Shown: one piece after another, positions 58,140 through 64,000 of the stretch | Layout: each line of letters opens with the position of its first letter | Position numbering within the stretch: the stretch's first letter is position 1 | Virus record (IMG/VR): IMGVR_UViG_3300025889_000079 | Length of the DNA: 64,000 nucleotides | DNA from: an uncultured virus (IMG/VR IMGVR_UViG_3300025889_000079) | Taxonomy: Duplodnaviria > Heunggongvirae > Uroviricota > Caudoviricetes | Reading direction: 5' to 3' (one strand) | The notes under the pieces: model-generated | The model's database searches: none | Told to the model about the DNA's origin: nothing | What the model saw: only the letters and a program-made list of their open reading frames with translations | Made by a program: the position numbers and the translations under genes

Positions 58140-59078
58140 ATGAGTAAATATTTGGAAACAAAAAAAGGCAGCTTGGAAGAAAAGATTACTCGTATCGCTA
58201 CTGAGCAAGCCACAATTAAAAGAAAAGAACCAAAAATTCAATTAAAAGCAAAATCTTATTTTGATGTCAAAGAAGGATCACTAGCACAAATTGCTGCCAA
58301 AGTTGTTAGTGAACAAACTGACTATCAAGCTAAGTTTAAAGCAGAATTAGAAAAAACTGGTAAATCTATCAATCAAATGTCAGACGCAGAAAAGAAAGCG
58401 TTTTTTGATAAAATAGATAGAGAGTACAAAGCAAAAAATGAACAAGCAACTGCTAAAGAAGTAGATAAATTTCATACATCTTTAGATAAACTTGTACACA
58501 AATCTTTTGGTAAAAGTTCAGATGAAAAAAATGAAACACATACTTTTACAACTGATGTAACTAATCAAAAACAAAAAGATACAAAAGGTGAAAAAGATAT
58601 TATCAATCCTATTAAAGAAGGAAAGATGAAAGATATTGCTACAGATAAAGCAGAATTAAAAAGATTGTCTGTAAGACTTTCACAATTAAGAGATAGAAAA
58701 GCTGCTGATACAGGTGATACATCTAAATTAGAAAGAGAAATTTTACAAACTCAAAGATCAATTAAAGATGTACAATTAAAATTAAAAGATGTACCAAAAG
58801 AAGTTAAAGGTGAAGCAGTTAATCCTTATGCAGTAGGTATGGCCGCTGCTATGAAACAAACTGGAGATAAACCACCTTTAGAAAAATCTACTATTACAAA
58901 AGCACACGATATTGCTAAGTCGATAGAAAAAAGTCAAAAAGAGGAAGAAGATCCTAAACAAAAAACTTATTATGAATTGAGAAAAAATATTAGAGCTCAA
59001 GTTGAAAAAGGAAAACTTACAATGACAGGTCAAAAACCTGCCGTTGTGGATGTTGCACCAAGAAAAGAAATAATATAG
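58140..59078 (+). CDS. Hypothetical (probable internal head protein)
   Basis: RBS AAGGAG; charged; NPYAVGMAAAMK...ITKAHDIAKSI module. Confidence 0.6.
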   Translation: MSKYLETKKGSLEEKITRIATEQATIKRKEPKIQLKAKSYFDVKEGSLAQIAAKVVSEQTDYQAKFKAELEKTGKSINQMSDAEKKAFFDKIDREYKAKNEQATAKEVDKFHTSLDKLVHKSFGKSSDEKNETHTFTTDVTNQKQKDTKGEKDIINPIKEGKMKDIATDKAELKRLSVRLSQLRDRKAADTGDTSKLEREILQTQRSIKDVQLKLKDVPKEVKGEAVNPYAVGMAAAMKQTGDKPPLEKSTITKAHDIAKSIEKSQKEEEDPKQKTYYELRKNIRAQVEKGKLTMTGQKPAVVDVAPRKEII

Positions 59079-59096
59079 TCTAGGAGGACGTACACT

Positions 59097-59585
59097 ATGT
59101 TGCCTAGAATATATTGTGATATGGATGGCGTCCTTTGTGATTTTAAATCCGCAGCAGAAAAAGTAACAGGTCAAAAAATAGATAGGTGGATGTTTTCTGA
59201 TAAAAAAGAAAAATGGGAACCTATCAAAGAAACACCTAGATTTTGGCATACTCTACCTTGGCAACCAGGTGGAAAACAGTTGTGGAATTTCATAGAAAAA
59301 TATAAACCTCATATACTATCAGCTTACGTAGAAGAAAGTTTTGATCCTAATTGTATACCTGGTAAATCATATTGGGCAAGAACGAATTTAGGTATAGGTA
59401 ATAACAGAATTAATCTTGTTAAAAGAGTTCAAAAACAAAACTTTGCAAAAGTAGCAGGTAATCCTGCAATTCTTATAGACGATTACGAGAAGAATATAAG
59501 ACAATTCCAAGAACGTGGCGGTATAGGAATACATCACACCTCAACACCTAGAACAATCGCAGAATTGAAAAAACTAGGTTTCTAA
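59097..59585 (+). CDS. HAD-family 5'(3')-nucleotidase-like phosphatase
   Basis: IYCDMDGVLCDF, ILS, K..W, ILIDD...N...F...GGIGIHH. Confidence 0.85.
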   Translation: MLPRIYCDMDGVLCDFKSAAEKVTGQKIDRWMFSDKKEKWEPIKETPRFWHTLPWQPGGKQLWNFIEKYKPHILSAYVEESFDPNCIPGKSYWARTNLGIGNNRINLVKRVQKQNFAKVAGNPAILIDDYEKNIRQFQERGGIGIHHTSTPRTIAELKKLGF

Positions 59586-59596
59586 TCACTATTTCT

Positions 59597-59604
59597 TATA
59601 AATA
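59597..59604 (+). promoter_or_regulatory. T4-type late promoter
   Basis: TATAAATA. Confidence 0.7.
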
Positions 59605-59658
59605 TTATCATTACATAAAGAATTGAGTACCTAATAAATTAAGAAGGGAGAGAATACT

Positions 59659-59973
59659 ATGTCAAGTCATAAAGCAACAGACGCTTATGATAGCGCACCT
59701 TTATGGGCACTATTACAAGTTAAAAAGGCACCAACATTAGCAAATATGGGGCCAATTGATTCAGCAGCGGTTACATTATTATATGAAAACGCAGAAGCTG
59801 ACGATTTTATTACTAACGCAACTGTAGGATTATTTAACTATAACGACTCAGAAACGCAAAGTGGTAAGATTGCACATACAGGATGGGTTTTAAAGACTAC
59901 TGGCAAATCTAGCTCAGGTAGAGATGGAAGAGTACAGTACGAAACATTAGTTTGCTTAACTAGCAATCTATAA
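59659..59973 (+). CDS. Hypothetical virion protein
   Basis: Late promoter and RBS; HTGWVLKT.G..GR.GRVQYETLV. Confidence 0.65.
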   Translation: MSSHKATDAYDSAPLWALLQVKKAPTLANMGPIDSAAVTLLYENAEADDFITNATVGLFNYNDSETQSGKIAHTGWVLKTTGKSSSGRDGRVQYETLVCLTSNL

Positions 59974-59982
59974 TGATTATAG

Positions 59983-60000
59983 GGGTGCCTTCGGGCACCC
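59983..60000 (+). terminator. cUUCGg hairpin (terminator or stabiliser)
   Basis: GGGTGCC-TTCG-GGCACCC; no T tract. Confidence 0.6.
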
Positions 60001-60077
60001 TACTAAATATATTAACAAAGTGATCTAGGAATATACCTAGAGTAGCATTCCCCATAAGGGGTTTATAGGAGAAAAAA

Positions 60078-60539
60078 ATGGCAGATAAAAAAATAACTGC
60101 GTTAACTGATTTAGGTAACGCACTCGCCGCTGGCGATTTATTTCACGTAGTTGACGATCCGTCAGGTACACCAATCAATAAAAAAGTAACAGCAGAGGAT
60201 GTGTTTAATAACATACCTTCTTGGTTAGGATTAGCACAAACATCACAATCTTTAACTTCAGATGGTTCTACTACTTTAGTAGCAAACGTAACTTCAGCGA
60301 TTACTGAAATTGTGGGTACTGCTGGTACAGCAACTATCACTTTAGCAGACGGTTCAGATGGACAAGTTAAAACATTTATCAATGTGGCTACATCTGGAAC
60401 ATACGCACAAACTATTACACCTTCAAATTTAAGAGGTTATACAAGTGTGATATTAAATGCTCAAGGTGAAACAGTAACTTTATTATTTAAAAATTCAAAA
60501 TGGAATATTATTGCAGGTCAAGGTTACACTACCGCATAA
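60078..60539 (+). CDS. Putative virion structural protein
   Basis: MADKKITALT...; Thr-rich; TLADGSDGQVK...GETVTLLF..SKW. Confidence 0.7.
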   Translation: MADKKITALTDLGNALAAGDLFHVVDDPSGTPINKKVTAEDVFNNIPSWLGLAQTSQSLTSDGSTTLVANVTSAITEIVGTAGTATITLADGSDGQVKTFINVATSGTYAQTITPSNLRGYTSVILNAQGETVTLLFKNSKWNIIAGQGYTTA

Positions 60540-60554
60540 TATTAAGGAGATATA

Positions 60555-60812
60555 ATGACTATAACGATTGAAACTTTGAAAGAAGAACGTGAAGTATTAA
60601 AAAAAGATTTTGACACATTGAGTGCCAGAATTGCTCAAGTAGAAAAAGATTTGGGCACAATGAAAAGTAATTTGAATGCTGTATTTGGTGCAATTCAACA
60701 AGTAGATAGATTGATGACCAAAGCAGATCCAAAAGACGAAAAACAATTATTATTAGAAAAACAAAAGATGTCTGCTGAAAAACAACAGGCATTAAATTTG
60801 GCAACAAGTTAA
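60555..60812 (+). CDS. Coiled-coil hypothetical protein
   Basis: Heptad pattern; NAVFGAIQ. Confidence 0.65.
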   Translation: MTITIETLKEEREVLKKDFDTLSARIAQVEKDLGTMKSNLNAVFGAIQQVDRLMTKADPKDEKQLLLEKQKMSAEKQQALNLATS

Positions 60813-60813
60813 T

Positions 60814-60990
60814 ATGGCTGAAGATAAAGAAATGCAAAAGTTCATAGAGGCGTTAAAGAACAATACGCCTAACTCTGGGCAATTTGATAAAGTAAAGACT
60901 AACGAAGTAAAAGACTTTGAAGAAGATTTATTCGGAGGCAAGTCTTTTAAAGAAGTAAGAAAAACTTTAAAAAAGGAGAATACAAAATGA
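60814..60990 (+). CDS. Hypothetical 58-aa protein (not in ORF track)
   Basis: MAEDKEMQKFIEALK...; ATGA overlap with the next ORF. Confidence 0.55.
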   Translation: MAEDKEMQKFIEALKNNTPNSGQFDKVKTNEVKDFEEDLFGGKSFKEVRKTLKKENTK

Positions 60991-61112
60991 GTTGCAAATC
61001 TTGTGAACACGATTGCCATTGTGAAAACGATTGTTCCAATGGTATTTGTGAATGTAATGATTGTAAATGCGATAACGCAGAAATAAAAGAGGAGAAAAAT
61101 GAAAACGTTTAG
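60987..61112 (+). CDS. Cys-rich metallothionein-like micro-protein (41 aa, not in ORF track)
   Basis: RBS AAGGAG; MSCKSCEHDCHCENDCSNGICECNDCKCDNAEIKEEKNENV has 9 Cys and 2 His in the first 28 aa. Confidence 0.65.
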   Translation: MSCKSCEHDCHCENDCSNGICECNDCKCDNAEIKEEKNENV

Positions 61113-61536
61113 ACAACATTTAAAAGAGGGGAAGTATATGGGTGGTCAAGTAGGCTCTCCAACCGCAGATTCTGTGGAAGATAGCTCTATTGGTATTCAC
61201 AATATACATATTCCTGCTGTGTTGGAAAGACTTAATGCGTTTGTTGGTTCCATAGGCGACCAAGAATACATTAGACCTCAACACGCAATAGATTCTTTAA
61301 AAGAAAAATTAGGCAGAATCGGAATCACTTTCAAAAACGAACCAGTAATTGAAGGTAAATCAGGAACTGCTGAAACTGGATTGACGCAATTCGGTGGCCG
61401 TTTTGGTAAAGACATTGATGGCTCTGATATTAATGATGATGGTATTACTCATAGATTAGGTAAAGAGTTAAAAATTAAATTTCAATACGAAACATTAAAA
61501 AACGGTGCTGCCAGAGTTTACGCTCAGCTCGTTTAG
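61099..61536 (+). CDS. Hypothetical protein with capsid-targeting-like N-terminus
   Basis: MKTFRQHLKE; QFGGRFGKD; RBS GAGGAG. Confidence 0.7.
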   Translation: MKTFRQHLKEGKYMGGQVGSPTADSVEDSSIGIHNIHIPAVLERLNAFVGSIGDQEYIRPQHAIDSLKEKLGRIGITFKNEPVIEGKSGTAETGLTQFGGRFGKDIDGSDINDDGITHRLGKELKIKFQYETLKNGAARVYAQLV

Positions 61537-61538
61537 TA

Positions 61539-61901
61539 ATGTTTAGAAAAATAACACGTGATAATTGGCAGATGTATGCCATCAAAAATTATGATGTTCC
61601 TAATTTAGATTCTGAACAAGAATTTTATGAGGACATAAAACGCTTTAAGTATTTAAAACGTTTGTTTAGAAAATACAAAGCGACAGGTGAATTAAAAACT
61701 AGATTGATTGTAAATCATATTATAGTTTTACAGAATGTTTTTGGTGTAGAAGCTGCTTGTACGTTGTTGTTTTTTAGAATTGAAAAAGAATTTTGGTCTA
61801 TACTAAAGACTTTTTTAGTATATCTAAAATATGTAGAAGAACACGAAATAGTTGATGTAAAAATTGATACACAACTACTTAACAATTTGGAAAAAATATA
61901 A
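61539..61901 (+). CDS. Conserved T4-like hypothetical protein
   Basis: YAIKNY..P...EFYEDIKRFKYLKRLF...RLIVNHII.L.NVFG. Confidence 0.75.
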   Translation: MFRKITRDNWQMYAIKNYDVPNLDSEQEFYEDIKRFKYLKRLFRKYKATGELKTRLIVNHIIVLQNVFGVEAACTLLFFRIEKEFWSILKTFLVYLKYVEEHEIVDVKIDTQLLNNLEKI

Positions 61902-62491
61902 TGGGAAGAGCAATAGATTTATTAATTACATATAGAGTTATCAAAATGCTGATAACACCTTTTGAGCAACAAGACGCTTACAAGTATGGCATTATTGATA
62001 AAGATGGTAAAGTATTAAGAAAAGCAAAAGATTTAAAAACTGCTGAAGAAAAAGATTCTTATACTCTATTACATAGATTTGTTTTTAATTTGAAAAGATT
62101 AATAAACGTCATACCTGGAGGTAAATCAAAATTAGGCACATATGCGGCCGCATTAGGTTTACTTTTAAAAGAACAAAGACATTTGAACGCAATAGAGATT
62201 GAAAGAGTTTTATATAAACATCTTGTAGATAATAATTTAATTGCATTTAATAGTGAGATTAAAGAGTCAGCAAAATTTAATTATTTACCTAAAGGTAGAT
62301 ATACAATATTAGAAGATTTGAGAGATTTAGAAAATAATCCTAGTGCTGAAACAGGAGATATTGTAACTGTTCCAGTGGATACAAAACCTTTTGATAACTA
62401 TTTTGGTGTTAATCTTTATAATGTAATGAATGAAGATACACAAAAACAAATTATAGTATCGGAAGACAATATAGAAAGAATTAGATTTTAA
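61901..62491 (+). CDS. Conserved T4-like hypothetical protein
   Basis: YRVIKML.TPF...AYKYGIIDKDG...YT.LHRFVFNLKR. Confidence 0.75.
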   Translation: MGRAIDLLITYRVIKMLITPFEQQDAYKYGIIDKDGKVLRKAKDLKTAEEKDSYTLLHRFVFNLKRLINVIPGGKSKLGTYAAALGLLLKEQRHLNAIEIERVLYKHLVDNNLIAFNSEIKESAKFNYLPKGRYTILEDLRDLENNPSAETGDIVTVPVDTKPFDNYFGVNLYNVMNEDTQKQIIVSEDNIERIRF

Positions 62492-63015
62492 TGAAATCTT
62501 TTAAAAGTTTTAGAGAAGCTTGTTGGCAAGGATATCAACAAGTAGGATTTAAAATTAAAAGTGGTAAAAGAGTTCCTAATTGTGTGCCTGAAGAAGGTAC
62601 ATTAGAAGTACAAAAAGAAGAAACTCCTACAAATACTGCTGGAGGAGGACAAATTGCAGGTATAGGAGTTGGGCCTGCTGGTGAGCCTGGGGTTACTAAA
62701 TCAGCTGCAGACAAATATAAGAAAAAAAATAAAGAAGATATAATAGGCAGAATGACAAAATTTTTGTCAAAAGAACAATACAATAAATTAGAAGTTGAAA
62801 ATATCATAAACAAGATTAATAATAATAAAGAAGTTTATGAAAATCAAATAGAACCTATTGTGAAATTTTTAAAAAGAAAACAAGAAAAACAAACTTATAA
62901 TGAAGAAATAGGTATTAAATCTTTTAGATATGTGGTAGATCAACAAATGAAAAATATTGTTTCAGAGGAATTTAGAAACGAAATAGCAAATCAACTATTA
63001 AAAAAATACCTATGA
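62491..63015 (+). CDS. Hypothetical (probable internal head protein)
   Basis: MKSFKSFRE, then ACWQGY..VG.K.K.GK.VPNCVPE and EETPTNTAGGG modules. Confidence 0.65.
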   Translation: MKSFKSFREACWQGYQQVGFKIKSGKRVPNCVPEEGTLEVQKEETPTNTAGGGQIAGIGVGPAGEPGVTKSAADKYKKKNKEDIIGRMTKFLSKEQYNKLEVENIINKINNNKEVYENQIEPIVKFLKRKQEKQTYNEEIGIKSFRYVVDQQMKNIVSEEFRNEIANQLLKKYL

Positions 63016-63656
63016 AAGAACAATGGACAGACAAATATAAGAGATCAATAGATTGTGATAATCCAAAAGGTTTTTCACAAAGAGCTCATTGTCAAGGTAA
63101 AAAGAAATCATTTAAAGAGTTCAAAGAAAGTATTGCCAACTATTCAATTGGTCCAATAGACATCTACAAACCAATGTCATCTATGAATACAAAAACTTTA
63201 AACAATACAGCATTAGGCCCAGGACTAGGAACATATAGTCCCGCTGATTCTATGGTAACTAAAAAAGAAAATCTTACTCCATTTAAAAAGAAAGTTATAC
63301 AGAAATTAAAACAACCAGTTTCAGATTATTTAAAAAAGAAACAAACAAACGAAGATATTACTAAAGATGATATTAAAAATTTTGTGGATAAAACAAAAAT
63401 AAAAGCAACTAGATGGTTTAAAGATGTTGTTGATAAAATAAAAAGAATTGCTACTACTTCAAAACGATATGAATATGCTGCTAAAGTATTACAAGATGTT
63501 ATTGATAGAAAAGAAATAGAAAGAGCAAGAATGGGATTACCATTAAGACACGATATAGGTTATTATGCCGCTGTTGTTGCAGATACTTTCCACGACATTG
63601 ATCCAAAAAAATTAGTTAAGATGGTGCACGAAAGTATTAATCAGAAAGGAAAATAA
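63012..63656 (+). CDS. Hypothetical (probable internal head protein)
   Basis: W..KYKRSIDCDNPKGFSQRAHC module followed by KSFKEFKE. Confidence 0.6.
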   Translation: MKEQWTDKYKRSIDCDNPKGFSQRAHCQGKKKSFKEFKESIANYSIGPIDIYKPMSSMNTKTLNNTALGPGLGTYSPADSMVTKKENLTPFKKKVIQKLKQPVSDYLKKKQTNEDITKDDIKNFVDKTKIKATRWFKDVVDKIKRIATTSKRYEYAAKVLQDVIDRKEIERARMGLPLRHDIGYYAAVVADTFHDIDPKKLVKMVHESINQKGK

Positions 63657-64000
63657 ATGGAATATTTAAAAATTATATTAGATTTAGCGTTGCAATTTTG
63701 GATGTTTACACTTGTTGCAATTTTAATTTTATTAGGATATGTTTATGACAAATTTTATACAAGAACTGTACTTACAGGATTTTCTTGTGAAAAAATGCCT
63801 GTAATGAAACCTTTAAGAATACCGACAAAAGGTACAAGTTTTTTTTATGCTATATGGTTATGGATTATGACAGTACGAAATTGGGAAATAGAAGAAGATT
63901 TCCATTACAAATTATACGGCCAAGATATGGTCATACCTAAAGGATTTCAATTTGACGGTGCAAGTGTACCTAAATTTTTAGGTGCGTGGTTATCACCAGT
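63657..64000 (+). CDS. DUF1353-like membrane-anchored protein (truncated by window end)
   Basis: N-terminal transmembrane segment; VIPKGFQFDGASVPK motif; frame open to the window end. Confidence 0.65.
   Translation, partial: MEYLKIILDLALQFWMFTLVAILILLGYVYDKFYTRTVLTGFSCEKMPVMKPLRIPTKGTSFFYAIWLWIMTVRNWEIEEDFHYKLYGQDMVIPKGFQFDGASVPKFLGAWLSP

Noticed and set aside
471..62813. Minus-strand and alternate-frame ORFs in the track (e.g. 847-1065, 2311-2550, 23309-23695, 30556-30918, 54829-55191)
   Set aside because: They overlap well-supported + strand genes and read as codon shadows (poly-Pro opposite Gly-rich genes, Phe/Leu/Ser-rich opposite Lys/Glu-rich genes).
1..64000. Stop-codon reassignment, or a prophage/host chromosome origin
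   Set aside because: Core genes translate full length with the standard code; no integrase, att site or host housekeeping block, and host-like genes are interspersed among T4 core genes.

Overview
AT-rich (roughly 30% GC by eye) segment of a T4-like myophage genome. Essentially all credible genes are on the + strand. It most resembles marine pelagimyophages (HTVC008M-like), and an alphaproteobacterial, probably SAR11-type, host is inferred from a LexA-type GTTC-N7-GTTC box, an RpoH-type promoter, bS21, an adrenodoxin-type ferredoxin and peptide deformylase. Gene order: Gly-rich fibre genes; 2OG-Fe(II) oxygenases; gp16-gp23; gp3; uvsY/uvsW; gp55; gp47/46; def; methyltransferases; a CobT/CobS-like VWA/MoxR pair; rpsU; hsp20; isocitrate lyase; gp45/44/62; regA; ferredoxin; gp43; uvsX; gp41; then a long late-gene block. 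Highlights: (1) a glnA-class glutamine riboswitch directly behind a T4 late promoter, upstream of an unknown 65-aa basic protein and next to a phage isocitrate lyase, which suggests a C/N-sensing module; (2) a cluster of nucleotide/RNA-processing enzymes (KxDG ligase-like protein, adenylate kinase, Pnk-like kinase, Pol-beta NTase fused to a HIGH-type NTase, HAD phosphatase), most with T4 internal-protein-like capsid-targeting N-termini, which suggests a virion-packaged repair or counter-defence kit; (3) unannotated structured RNAs, a TTTACA repeat array, a metallothionein-like micro-ORF and strong CATG avoidance. All calls come from reading motifs by eye; no searches were run.
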